Below are positions 48,866 through 58,634 of a stretch of 64,000 bases of DNA, piece by piece (the first letter of the stretch is position 1; each line of letters starts with the position of its first letter). The stretch lies in the NCBI GenBank assembly GCA_963824995.1, contig CAWGRK010000010.1:184928-248927 (forward strand), in the 5' to 3' direction. Below the pieces are notes generated by a model, which saw nothing but the letters and a program-made list of their open reading frames with translations, did not search any database and was not told the DNA's origin. Both the position numbers and the translations under genes were made by a program. The DNA comes from an uncultured Actinomycetes bacterium (GTDB lineage: Bacteria; Actinomycetota; Acidimicrobiia; Spongiisociales; DATADW01).

Positions 48866-51181
48866 TCAGGCCGCTGCCCTGACCGGCTCTTCCTCGGAGG
48901 GACGGAGCACGGCGCCGCTGCGCTTCGATATGAAGATCGCCACCAGCAACACGATCAGCGCCACCCCGGCGACGACGAAACGCCACCCGCTGTCCTGGAG
49001 GGCGATCACCGCCGGGAGAACCAGCAGCGATACGAGGTTCATCACCTTGATCAGCGGGTTGAGGGCTGGCCCGGCCGTGTCCTTGAACGGGTCGCCGACC
49101 GTGTCGCCGATCACCGCCGCCTTGTGCGACTCCGATCCCTTGCCGCCGAGATGCCCGTCCTCGATGTATTTCTTGGCGTTGTCCCATGCACCGCCTGCGT
49201 TCGACAGATAGTTGGCCATCAACTGTCCGGTGAGGATCACCGCCGCCAGGAACGCACCGAGCGCGAAGTAGTTGATGCCGAACCCGATGATCAGCGGGGT
49301 GAGCACCGCCAACAGCGCCGGTGTGGCCAACTCGCGCAGCGAGGCGCGGGTGCAGATGTCGATCACCGGCGCGTAGTCCGGCCGTTTCAGCCCCGACATG
49401 ATCTTGCCGTCGGCGAATTGCCGCCGAACCTCCTCGACGACCACACCGGCCGTTCGGCTCACGGCTCGAATCGCAAGCGATGCGAACAGGAAGGGAACGG
49501 CGCCCCCGATGAGCAACCCGATGAAGGTCACCGGGTTTGCCAGGTTGATCGAGGTCGCCACGTCCTCGAACAGGGCACTTCCCTCGAGGCCGAGGCTCAA
49601 CTCGCCGCCGATGGTCTCGATGTACGAGGCGAACAGCGCCACCGCGGCGATCACCGCCGAGCCGATGGCGAAGCCCTTGGTCACCGCCTTGGTGGTGTTG
49701 CCCACCGCATCGAGGCTCACCATGATCCGCTGCGCCTCGCCTTGGAACTCGCCGGACATCTCGGCGATCCCGGCAGCGTTGTCTGCGACCGGGCCGAAGG
49801 TGTCCTCGGAGACCACCACACCCGTGGTGGCAAGCATCCCCATTCCGGTGAGTGCCACCAGGTAGAGCGAGAACATCAGGTTCCCCCCGCCCAGCCCGAC
49901 GGCAACACCGATGGCTCCGGCGATGGCGACGATCGCCCACACCGACGACTCGAGCCCGATGCTCGTCCCGGCGAGCACGGTGGTGGCGGGACCGGTGCGG
50001 GTGGCATCTGCGATCTCCCGGACCGGCTTCTCCTCGGTCGAGGTGAAATACTCGGTGAGCCGGCTCGCCACCTGCGCCAGGATCAGACCGGCGACCACTG
50101 CGGCGAACACCTTCCAACCCTCACCGCCGTTGTCGTTTCCCACATAGAACAGAGCCACCCCGAGAGTCCCGATGACGGTGAGGATCCCGGCGGTGAGGAA
50201 GCCCCTGTTGATCGGAGCCATGGCGGTCCGGTCCCGGTCGGTGGCGCGCACCGCGAACACCCCGGCGATCGAAGCGAGCACGCCGATGGCGCGCACGATC
50301 ACCGGGAAGATCAACCCGAGCACCGGGTTGGCGCCGATCGAGGCGAATGCGGCCACACCGAGGATGATCGATGCCACGAGGGTGACCTCGTAGCTCTCGA
50401 AGAGGTCGGAGGCCATGCCGGCGCAGTCCCCGACGTTGTCGCCGACGTTGTCGGCGATGGTGGCGGGGTTGCGCGGGTCGTCCTCCGGGATCCCCTGCTC
50501 CACCTTGCCCACCAGGTCGGCGCCCACGTCTGCCGCCTTGGTGAAGATTCCGCCGCCGACACGGAGGAACAGGGCGATCAACGAGCCACCGAAACCGAAG
50601 CCGATGAGGATCGCCGACGAGACGTTCTGGAAGATCATGATGATCAATGTCGCCCCGAGAAGCCCGAGTCCGACGGTGAACATCCCCGCCACCCCCCCGG
50701 TGCGGAAGGCGATCCGCAACGCCGCCGGGAGCGATCCCGTCTTTGCTGCTGCTGCGGTGCGGACATTCCCACGTACGGCAAGGCTCATCCCGATGAAACC
50801 GGTGAGACCGGAAAGAAAGCATCCGGCGATGAACGCCAGCGTCCGGTACGTCCCCGATTGGGTGAAGGTCAAGACCTCGGCCCCGTCGGCATCGAAGACG
50901 GCGGTCGAAGTCAGGAAAACCACGGCGGCGACCGGGAGCAGGATCAGCACGATGGTGCGGAATTGGCGTTTCAGGTAGGCCATCGCCCCTTCCTGGATTG
51001 CCTTGGCTATCTCGATCATCTTGGGGGTGCCTTGGTCCGCCCTGATGACGGTGCGCGACAGGGCAAGTCCAACGATGAGGGCGATCACCGCAGTCACCGC
51101 GGCGAATATCAGCCAGAACCACTCGGCCGTGCCGAGCGTGAATTCCTGGAAGCCGCCCTCCGCGGCCAGAACGACGCTCAT
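48866..51181 (-). CDS. hppA: Membrane H+-translocating pyrophosphatase, K+-independent type
   Basis: DVGADLVGKVE, DNVGDNVGD, GNTTKA, GDTVGDPFKD. Confidence 0.95.
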   Translation of the reverse strand: MSVVLAAEGGFQEFTLGTAEWFWLIFAAVTAVIALIVGLALSRTVIRADQGTPKMIEIAKAIQEGAMAYLKRQFRTIVLILLPVAAVVFLTSTAVFDADGAEVLTFTQSGTYRTLAFIAGCFLSGLTGFIGMSLAVRGNVRTAAAAKTGSLPAALRIAFRTGGVAGMFTVGLGLLGATLIIMIFQNVSSAILIGFGFGGSLIALFLRVGGGIFTKAADVGADLVGKVEQGIPEDDPRNPATIADNVGDNVGDCAGMASDLFESYEVTLVASIILGVAAFASIGANPVLGLIFPVIVRAIGVLASIAGVFAVRATDRDRTAMAPINRGFLTAGILTVIGTLGVALFYVGNDNGGEGWKVFAAVVAGLILAQVASRLTEYFTSTEEKPVREIADATRTGPATTVLAGTSIGLESSVWAIVAIAGAIGVAVGLGGGNLMFSLYLVALTGMGMLATTGVVVSEDTFGPVADNAAGIAEMSGEFQGEAQRIMVSLDAVGNTTKAVTKGFAIGSAVIAAVALFASYIETIGGELSLGLEGSALFEDVATSINLANPVTFIGLLIGGAVPFLFASLAIRAVSRTAGVVVEEVRRQFADGKIMSGLKRPDYAPVIDICTRASLRELATPALLAVLTPLIIGFGINYFALGAFLAAVILTGQLMANYLSNAGGAWDNAKKYIEDGHLGGKGSESHKAAVIGDTVGDPFKDTAGPALNPLIKVMNLVSLLVLPAVIALQDSGWRFVVAGVALIVLLVAIFISKRSGAVLRPSEEEPVRAAA

Positions 51182-51846
51182 CGATTGCTCTCCTTCTTCG
51201 GTCGGACATAGATCTCGCGGGCCAACCGGTTCCCCAGAGTGCGCTCGCTGCCGGCGACACTCAAGGTAAGCGGCCCCTCGAACCTCTGCTTTTCCTTCAG
51301 TCGGACCTCGACACCGGGGCGAATCCCCAACTCGTTGAGAAAGCTCACCACGTCGGGGTTGGTTGTGCCCGGTATCGCCACTTCGGCGACGTCTCCCGGT
51401 TCCAACGTGTCGAGCGTCGGTAGGACCGGAAGGCTATCGGCGTCGCCCGGAGGTATCGAAAAGCCGTGCGGACAGGTGGCAGGTCGGCCCAGCGCAACGA
51501 ATAGACGTTCCTCGACCTCGTGGGGCAGATGGTGCTCGAAAGTCACCGAGAGGGCATCAGCCTCATCCCACCGGTACCCGAGCGTGTCCGCCAGGAACCG
51601 CTCGACGATCCGATGGCGACGGATCGCCGCCACGGCGAGACGACGACCTTCGGCGGTCAGGGTCACCCCCTGATAGGGAGCATGATCCACCAGTCCATCG
51701 GTGGTGAGTCGCTTCACCCTGCTCGTTGCGGTGGCGGGACTGCACCCGAGAGCGGTGGCAAGATCGCCGGTGCGCGCCTCACCCCCGTTCGAGGCGAGCC
51801 GCCAGATCGCCTTGAGCGTTTCCCGCTCCTGTTGATTGATGGCCAC
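51178..51846 (-). CDS. DtxR/MntR-family metal-dependent regulator with FeoA-like domain
   Basis: HTH, RRHRIVERFL, FEH, CPHG, LNELGIRPG. Confidence 0.9.
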   Translation of the reverse strand: MAINQQERETLKAIWRLASNGGEARTGDLATALGCSPATATSRVKRLTTDGLVDHAPYQGVTLTAEGRRLAVAAIRRHRIVERFLADTLGYRWDEADALSVTFEHHLPHEVEERLFVALGRPATCPHGFSIPPGDADSLPVLPTLDTLEPGDVAEVAIPGTTNPDVVSFLNELGIRPGVEVRLKEKQRFEGPLTLSVAGSERTLGNRLAREIYVRPKKESNR

Positions 51847-51924
51847 GGGATCTCGACCCTAGAAGGCTGGGTTTTAGGTTGTCAAAACTTGGAGTTGCGA
51901 GAGCCACAAGTTCCTCTTGGGCCT

Positions 51925-53736
51925 CTACACGACCGGCACTAGCTGCGCGGGATCCTTGGCATCTTGATCGGCTGACCAGATGGCGCGCATCACGTCGTTC
52001 GTGGCGAGCAACCGGTCGAGCGTCCCCACGGCGGCCACTGCTCCATCGTCGAGCACGACGATCTGGTCGGCGCGCCGCAGAGCGGCCCGACGGTGCGACA
52101 CCACCAGGCAGGTGACATCGCTCTGATCGGCGAAAAGCCGTGCCCACAGTGTCCGTTCGGTCTCCACGTCGAGAGCAGAGGAGAGATCGTCGAACACGAG
52201 CAGGTCGGCACGGCGGAGCAGCGCCCGCGCCGTCGCCGCCCTCTGCACCTGACCACCTGACAGCCGGACTCCGAGCGGGCCGACCTTGGTGTCGAGGCCG
52301 TCGGGCATGTCGACGACGTCCTCATCGAGGACCGCAGTGCGGAGAGCGGAGTCGATCTCGACCTCGGCGTGATCGAGGCCGAGATCCAGGTTGTCACGCA
52401 GCGTCATGGAGAAAAGGCGCGGCACCTGGGGCGTGTAGGCGGCCCTGGGGGGCACCATGAAACCGCCCGGGTCGGGCACAGTCTCCCCGTTCCATCGGAT
52501 CTCCCCCGAATCGGGCACTACCAGGCCGAGCATCGTCCTGAGCAGGGTCGTCTTTCCCGACCCGATTCTCCCTGCGATCACGGTGAACGAGCCGGCCGGA
52601 ATGATGAGGTCCACCTCGGTGATGCCTCTTCCGGTGCCGGGGTGCCGGTAACTGAGACCTCTCGTCTCGAGCAGCGCCAGCCGCTCGTGCATCGGGGCCG
52701 GGGGCGGCGAAGCCACGGGCTCGGTTTCGCCCAGGTGGAGGTCAGATCGCTCCGCCAGCCTCCGTGGTGGTGCGCCGCCGAGCATCCCGCTCATCAGGTC
52801 GATTGCCACCCGGCCTTGGCGGAACCGTGCGATGAAGAGGCCGAGCACATGGACGTTCTCGGTGATGAAGCCCATGAAGTAAACGAATAGGGCGAAGTCG
52901 CCCACGGTGATGCCATCCGGCTGCCCGATCCTGTCGGCCGCCAACAGCAGGACGAGTCCGGTGCCGAGGTTGACCGTGTTCCAGAAGAGGGCGTCCAATC
53001 CCTCCTCGAGGACGCGGTCGCGCACCATGAACTTGAGGCGCGCCTGGTTCAGCCGGCGCAGATGACCTACCGCCCGGTCCTCGGCGCCCGCCAACTTCAC
53101 GGCCTGGACGCCTCCGAAGATCTCGCCGATGGCACCGGTGACCTCGCTGGTGGCGTCGCGCGCCTGTCGCCGCGCCCGCTCCACCATCGAGCCGGCCCGC
53201 TCCGCCAGGACGACGACCACGATGAGCGGGGCGAACACGACGAGTGTCAGTTGGGCGTCGATCGAGGCGAGCACCCACAGCGCCACCGTCGAGAAGACGA
53301 TCGACCCGATGACGTCGACGGTCCAGCTCAGGGTCTCCTCGATCTGCTCCACGTCCTCCCTGAAGCGGGTCAATGCGTCCCCCGTCGATCCGGGGACGGC
53401 GGTGGCACCGGGGAGTTCGAGGATCCTGCTGATCAGGTTGATCCGTAGCCGCGAGGACATCCGGAATCGGAAGTTCACATCGTTCCTGATGGCGACGAAG
53501 ATGTTCGATACCCGGAAGACGGCGTAGCCGAGGAGCAGTGCGATCAGCGTCGGCACCGTGACGCCGGCCGGGGCATCGCCGGTGAGCTCATCGAAGAACC
53601 ACTTGGTGAGCAGGCCGGGCACGATCGGCGACAGGTAGATGATCACCCAGAGGGTCACGTTGGCCAGGTAACGCCACGGTTCGGTGCGCAACAGCTTGGC
53701 CATGATCCTCGCCGCGGGGATGGGGCGGTCGCTCAC
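51925..53736 (-). CDS. ABC exporter, fused TMD-NBD subunit B
   Basis: [16 protein letters not shown], degenerate Walker B LVFDDLS. Confidence 0.92.
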   Translation of the reverse strand: MSDRPIPAARIMAKLLRTEPWRYLANVTLWVIIYLSPIVPGLLTKWFFDELTGDAPAGVTVPTLIALLLGYAVFRVSNIFVAIRNDVNFRFRMSSRLRINLISRILELPGATAVPGSTGDALTRFREDVEQIEETLSWTVDVIGSIVFSTVALWVLASIDAQLTLVVFAPLIVVVVLAERAGSMVERARRQARDATSEVTGAIGEIFGGVQAVKLAGAEDRAVGHLRRLNQARLKFMVRDRVLEEGLDALFWNTVNLGTGLVLLLAADRIGQPDGITVGDFALFVYFMGFITENVHVLGLFIARFRQGRVAIDLMSGMLGGAPPRRLAERSDLHLGETEPVASPPPAPMHERLALLETRGLSYRHPGTGRGITEVDLIIPAGSFTVIAGRIGSGKTTLLRTMLGLVVPDSGEIRWNGETVPDPGGFMVPPRAAYTPQVPRLFSMTLRDNLDLGLDHAEVEIDSALRTAVLDEDVVDMPDGLDTKVGPLGVRLSGGQVQRAATARALLRRADLLVFDDLSSALDVETERTLWARLFADQSDVTCLVVSHRRAALRRADQIVVLDDGAVAAVGTLDRLLATNDVMRAIWSADQDAKDPAQLVPVV

Positions 53737-55487
53737 ACCAACACCTCTTCCAGGCCCACCCGGAGGTAATGGGCGAACCTGCTGGACGGGTCGGCGGCAA
53801 GGTCACCACGCCGCCCGTGCTCCACCACCCGGCCGCGGTCGACGATGAGGATCTCGTCGGCCCTCTCCAGCGTGGCAAGCCGGTGGGCGATGATGACCCC
53901 GGTACGACCCTCCAGCAGATGGTCCACGGCGCGTTCGATCAGTCGCTCGGTTGCCGGGTCGAGGCGCGACGACGCTTCGTCGAGCACGACGAGTCCTGGG
54001 TCGGCGAGGAAGGCGCGGGCAAAGGCGAGCAGCTGGCCCTCGCCGGCGGACAGACCTCCCCCACCAGGCGGTAGCACCGTGTCGAGTCCCGACGGCAGCC
54101 CCATCGCCCAGTCGCCCAGCCCGAGCCGATGGAGCACGTCGAGCAGCCGATCGTCGTCGACCGACTCGGAGAACAGCGTCAAGTTGTCGCGCAGCGACGC
54201 ATGGAAGAGCTGGACGTCCTGGCTGACCATCCTCACCCGCTGCCGCAGGTGGATGGCATCGGCGTCGGGCAAGGCGACTCCACCCACTCTCACCGACCCC
54301 TGGTCGGGGTCATACAGGCGCGTGATCAGACGGGCGACGGTGGTCTTCCCGCTGCCGGTGCGCCCCAGGACGCCGAGGACGACCTCCTCCCCCACCTCGA
54401 ATGAGACCTCTTCAAGAGCGGGGCCCCCGCCGGAATCCTCGTCGTCGTAGCCAAAAGTGACCCGGTCGAAGGAGACCGACAGAGGGCCGGCGGGCAGACG
54501 GCGGCTCCCGAGGTCCTCGACCTTGGTCGATACCGAGAAGAGGTCCTCTACCCGGTCTATCCCTGCACCGGCCTTCTGCAGATCCTCCATCTGTTCGCGG
54601 ATCCGGTCCATGGGCAACCGCAAGAGCTCCACGTAGGTGAAGACCAGATACACCGACCCGATGGTGAGGTCCCCAGCTCCGAACAACCGCTCGCCCAACC
54701 AGTAGATGAGTGCCGTGCTCAAGGCGAAGATGAAGACGTTCGCCGACCAGAGCGCCGACCATCCGGCGCCGGCGCGCTGTTGATCGGGCAGCCAGGAGTG
54801 GAGGATCCGGGTAAGCCGACCCATGAAGAAGGGAGAGGCACCGTTGGCCCGCACCTCCTCGGTGCCACCGAGGATCTCGCCGAGAAAGCCGAAGAACTCA
54901 GCGCTACGGGCCCGGAAGCCCGCCCACCAGGGCACCGCGAGGTGGTGGATCCTCATCGTCGCGAACATCGAAACCGCGGCGAACACGATCATCACCAAGC
55001 CGATCCAGAGGCTCTCGATGGTGAGCAGCACCAGGATCCCGACCAGGAGGACGAGGTTGCCGACGACGTGGACCACGAACTGCGAGAAGAAGTTGGAGAG
55101 GGCAGTGACGTCCCCGTCGATCCTCTCGATCAACTCGCCTGGAGTCCGACGCTTGTGGAATCCGAGGTCGAGCCTGACGCAATGCTCGGCGAGATCGGCA
55201 CGCAACTCGTTGGTCGCAGCCCAACCGATCCGCTGCCCGAGCCAGGTGGCCGCCAGGGCGAGGCCCTGCTGAGCCACGGCGAGAGCCATGAAGAGCACGG
55301 CGAGACCCACCAGGTTGGTTTCCTCGTCGCCGGCCACGGCGCCATCGATGATCTGTGCCATCAACTGTGGGTTGATCAACTGCAGGGCGATTCCACCGGC
55401 GACCAACAGCGCGAGGAAGCCGACCCTGGCCCGATGGGGGCGGAGATAGTCGCGTAGCAGCTTCCAATAGCGGCGCACCGGGATCAT
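53733..55487 (-). CDS. ABC exporter, fused TMD-NBD subunit A
   Basis: [27 protein letters not shown]. Confidence 0.92.
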   Translation of the reverse strand: MIPVRRYWKLLRDYLRPHRARVGFLALLVAGGIALQLINPQLMAQIIDGAVAGDEETNLVGLAVLFMALAVAQQGLALAATWLGQRIGWAATNELRADLAEHCVRLDLGFHKRRTPGELIERIDGDVTALSNFFSQFVVHVVGNLVLLVGILVLLTIESLWIGLVMIVFAAVSMFATMRIHHLAVPWWAGFRARSAEFFGFLGEILGGTEEVRANGASPFFMGRLTRILHSWLPDQQRAGAGWSALWSANVFIFALSTALIYWLGERLFGAGDLTIGSVYLVFTYVELLRLPMDRIREQMEDLQKAGAGIDRVEDLFSVSTKVEDLGSRRLPAGPLSVSFDRVTFGYDDEDSGGGPALEEVSFEVGEEVVLGVLGRTGSGKTTVARLITRLYDPDQGSVRVGGVALPDADAIHLRQRVRMVSQDVQLFHASLRDNLTLFSESVDDDRLLDVLHRLGLGDWAMGLPSGLDTVLPPGGGGLSAGEGQLLAFARAFLADPGLVVLDEASSRLDPATERLIERAVDHLLEGRTGVIIAHRLATLERADEILIVDRGRVVEHGRRGDLAADPSSRFAHYLRVGLEEVLV

Positions 55488-55629
55488 CGGGATCCTCGTG
55501 GGGGAAGCCGAAGACGGTAACCCCGATCGGCCTTGGGGGCGGCCGGATTGTTTGACTCCGTTGACCGCTCGTTGATGAGGTCTTGATCATGCGACCCCAA
55601 GGATTGGTGCCATATCGACGAGGGGATCC

Positions 55630-56211
55630 ATGAATACGAAACCGCGACGCGTTCTTGCCCGTTCGCTCATCCTGGGAGTTGTCACCGTCCCTGCCATCGC
55701 CCTGTTGGCAGTGGCCTTGTCGGCTCCGCCGGACCCGCCGCCGGCCGCGGAAGACCAAGAACCGGTGGCCGTCGCCGCGCCCACCGGGGTGAGAACGGCG
55801 ACAGCCGCACGGACCGTCTCTGCCGTAGCAAGCGGACGCGACTACCGCCTCGCATGCGGAAGGGACGGCCGGGCATTGGTCAGCCGGCAGAAAGCCGGAA
55901 AGACCAGCCAGGTCGAGGCGGCGGCCCTTGCCGCTCTCCGACCGATCTGCGAGGCGCGGGGAAAGCCGCTGCCCGGAGCCGACGAGGCGACCCCCGAGGT
56001 CGCAGTCGAAACGGTTGCGGCACCGGTTGCGGCAGCCGCCCTTTCCCAGGAGGCAGCAGCGGCGCCTCCGATCGACGTCCCGGACGATTCGGACGACGAC
56101 GACTGGGACGAGGACGAAGTAGACGAGGACGACTGGGACGAGGACGACTGGGACGAGGACGAAGTAGACGATGACGACGACCGGGACGACGACGATGATG
56201 ACGACGACTGA
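55630..56211 (+). CDS. Exported/anchored protein with a Cys pair and a very acidic repetitive C-terminal tail
   Basis: N-terminal hydrophobic segment; LACG...PICE; tail DDDDWDEDEVDEDDWDEDDWDEDEVDDDDDRDDDDDDDD; AGGGG RBS. Confidence 0.75.
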   Translation: MNTKPRRVLARSLILGVVTVPAIALLAVALSAPPDPPPAAEDQEPVAVAAPTGVRTATAARTVSAVASGRDYRLACGRDGRALVSRQKAGKTSQVEAAALAALRPICEARGKPLPGADEATPEVAVETVAAPVAAAALSQEAAAAPPIDVPDDSDDDDWDEDEVDEDDWDEDDWDEDEVDDDDDRDDDDDDDD

Positions 56212-56548
56212 TCGATCGGGGCCCGGCAGCGGCCTGACCAGGCGGTTGGTCGTCCCCTCCGTGGTGACTGCGGCATCGATCGCGCTGCTGTTGTTCACCG
56301 TGGGAGGTGCGGTAGAGCCCGCCACGTCCACCCCTCCTTCGACGGCGGGCTCCGCACCTCGATCGAATGTGACCCAACCGACCGCTGTTGGCCAGCCTCG
56401 CATCGCCGGACTCGACACCGCCGTCCAGCGGGTGCTCGCCGACAGCGGGGCGAGCCGGGTCGTTCCAGCAGCACAACTGCGACGTATCCCCGACTCGATC
56501 ACCGCAGTGCTGCGGGCCGAGCAGACCGCCCTCACGGTGGGCAAATGA
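56198..56548 (+). CDS. Small exported/membrane hypothetical protein
   Basis: Hydrophobic segment LVVPSVVTAASIALLLFTV; ATGA overlap with the next gene; start uncertain. Confidence 0.65.
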   Translation: MTTTDRSGPGSGLTRRLVVPSVVTAASIALLLFTVGGAVEPATSTPPSTAGSAPRSNVTQPTAVGQPRIAGLDTAVQRVLADSGASRVVPAAQLRRIPDSITAVLRAEQTALTVGK

Positions 56549-56946
56549 CCGAGATACCAAATGGCCCTTCGGTTGCGGCTAACAGGCTCCGACCGGCCCG
56601 GATCGCTCGGATCATCGCCTGGTCGGCCGCAGTCACCGCTGCCACAGCCGCCGGGATGGCCCGGTTGGCATTGGCGGATGAGGTCTCCCCAAAGCCCCAG
56701 CCGGTTGCAACGACGGTGACCACCACTCTCGTGCAAGCGGCTCCCCTCCCCAATGCACCGACCAAGGGGCTGGTGATCATCCGCCACTCAACCGCGGAGC
56801 GATCGACCGAGCCGGCCCAAGCACCAAGATCGGCACCAGCACCGGCTCCCGCTCCTGAACCGGCTCCCGCTCCTGAACCGGCTCCCGCTCCAGCGCCTGC
56901 GCCCGCCCCGGCACCGGCACCCAGCACTCAGAGCTCGGGCTCGTGA
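56545..56946 (+). CDS. Small exported protein with PA/PE repeat linker and C-terminal TQSSGS (candidate flavinylation substrate)
   Basis: TM/signal segment, PAPAPEPAP repeats; GTGA overlap with apbE. Confidence 0.7.
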   Translation: MTEIPNGPSVAANRLRPARIARIIAWSAAVTAATAAGMARLALADEVSPKPQPVATTVTTTLVQAAPLPNAPTKGLVIIRHSTAERSTEPAQAPRSAPAPAPAPEPAPAPEPAPAPAPAPAPAPAPSTQSSGS

Positions 56947-57773
56947 CCGCCTTCCGGGCGATGGGGACGAAGGTATGGGTCTACGGGGACGACGAAGATC
57001 GGGTCGCTCCGTGGTTCGAGCAGGTAGAGGACGTGTGCAGCCGGTTCCGACAGGAAAGCGAGTTGTCGCGTCTCAACTGCGCCGGACCGGGTTGGGTCAA
57101 CGTCTCACCTCTGCTCCACAAGGTGCTTGCCGCAGCCGATGAGGCTCGGACGATCACGGGTGGGCTGGTCGACCCGGCGATAGGCGCCGCGGTCGAGGCG
57201 TGGGGGTACGACCGCAGCTTCGAGCTTGTTACCGACACCGATTCGGACCCCGGCCCGGTCCCTGTGGGGTCGTGGACCCTGGGTGTCGGTTCTGTTTGGA
57301 GGAGTGGAGGAACGCGGCTCGATCTCGGCGGTGTAGCCAAGGGATGGACCTGTGATCGAGCGGTTGAGAACCGCTTGGCGAGTGTGGTCAACGCAGGTGG
57401 CGATCTTCGCTCCGGCCACCCCGACCTGCGTGTGGAGGTCCTCCACCCCGACGGATCGACCGCCGCAACCGTGAAGGTAGGAATTGGAGCCCTCGCCACC
57501 AGCTCGACCAGCCGGCGCCGCTGGCGGGCAGGCGACCGAGCGGCGAGTCATCTGGTGGACCCGAGAACGGGTGAGCCTGTGGAATCACCCGTGCGTTCGG
57601 CGACTGCGATAACCGCCACCGCCACCGAGGCAGAGGCGGCGGCAAAGGCGATGCTGCTGGCCGGTGCCGACTCGCTCGCCTGGGCTGAAGAGCAGACCTG
57701 GGTGCGCGGCGGTCTGGTGGTCTGGTGGGACGGATCGGTGTTCGCCACTTCTGACCTGGAGTTGGCGGCATGA
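56943..57773 (+). CDS. apbE: FAD:protein FMN transferase
   Basis: FRAMGT, SRFRQESELSRLN, DLGGVAKG, NAGGD, ALATS, HLVDPRTG. Confidence 0.92.
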   Translation: MTAFRAMGTKVWVYGDDEDRVAPWFEQVEDVCSRFRQESELSRLNCAGPGWVNVSPLLHKVLAAADEARTITGGLVDPAIGAAVEAWGYDRSFELVTDTDSDPGPVPVGSWTLGVGSVWRSGGTRLDLGGVAKGWTCDRAVENRLASVVNAGGDLRSGHPDLRVEVLHPDGSTAATVKVGIGALATSSTSRRRWRAGDRAASHLVDPRTGEPVESPVRSATAITATATEAEAAAKAMLLAGADSLAWAEEQTWVRGGLVVWWDGSVFATSDLELAA

Positions 57774-58609
57774 ACCCCATCTGGATGCTGGCTCGGGGCT
57801 CGGGGGTTGCGGCCTATCTCCTGCTCTCGGGGGCGACCATCTGGGGCCTGTTGCTCTCCAGCAAGGTGCTCGACCGATCGGCATCGGCCCGCGACCTCAC
57901 ATGGGTCCACGAGTCGCTGTCCCTGGCCGCGGTCGCGTCGACTTTGGTGCACATGGTGAGCCTCGGGCTGGAGGAGTTCATCGATTTCGACCTTCGCCAC
58001 CTGTTGATCCCGGGCGCCTCGACATTCCGTCCCGTTCCCGTCGCCCTCGGCGTGGTCGCGTTCTGGGCGCTGGCGGTGATCACCCCGTCGTTCTACCTCC
58101 GCAACCGGATCGGTCAGCGCGCCTGGCGCACGCTCCATTTCGCCACATTTGGGTGTTTCCTTTCAGCGGCTATCCACGGGATCACCGCCGGGACCGATAG
58201 CGCGCAGCCGGTGATGGTGATCATGTACGCCGCCACCTTGACCGCAGTGATCGGACTGGTCGTCCTCAGGGTCGTCAAATCAGGAGGCTCGTCGTCGCGG
58301 CGGACAGCCTCGGTCGAGGCGACGGCCGGTCCAGCGACCCCCGCCGCCGAGGCGCCGGCCAAGCAACGCATCCCTCCCGAGCTGCTCGAGAGGTCCGCGG
58401 CGCGGGGGACACGGGTCACCGAAACGGAAGAGATACCGGCCAAGCCACGCATCCCCCCGGAGTTGCTCGAGCGGTCGCAGGCCCGGGGTGCCGCCAAACA
58501 GGCTGCGGTGCCGGCAGAGGCCACCGCCTCCCCGGCCAGCGAGCACAAGCCACGCATCCCCCCTGAGTTGCTGGCGAGGTCCCAAGCGAGGTCGGCGGCC
58601 GACCGATGA
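57770..58609 (+). CDS. Ferric reductase-like (MsrQ-like) heme-b membrane protein with repeated C-terminal motif
   Basis: ARGSGVAAY, WVH, LVH, WRTLH, IHGITAGTD; three RIPPELL-RS repeats. Confidence 0.8.
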   Translation: MNPIWMLARGSGVAAYLLLSGATIWGLLLSSKVLDRSASARDLTWVHESLSLAAVASTLVHMVSLGLEEFIDFDLRHLLIPGASTFRPVPVALGVVAFWALAVITPSFYLRNRIGQRAWRTLHFATFGCFLSAAIHGITAGTDSAQPVMVIMYAATLTAVIGLVVLRVVKSGGSSSRRTASVEATAGPATPAAEAPAKQRIPPELLERSAARGTRVTETEEIPAKPRIPPELLERSQARGAAKQAAVPAEATASPASEHKPRIPPELLARSQARSAADR

Positions 58610-58634
58610 ATCATTGGGTGCTTGACTCGCCGCC

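Noticed and set aside
48686..51211. 841-aa + strand ORF (and similar long ORFs at 1529, 33911, 43152, 54904 and the 5' part of 9402)
   Set aside because: Antisense shadows of well-supported genes in high-GC DNA, with no recognisable motifs
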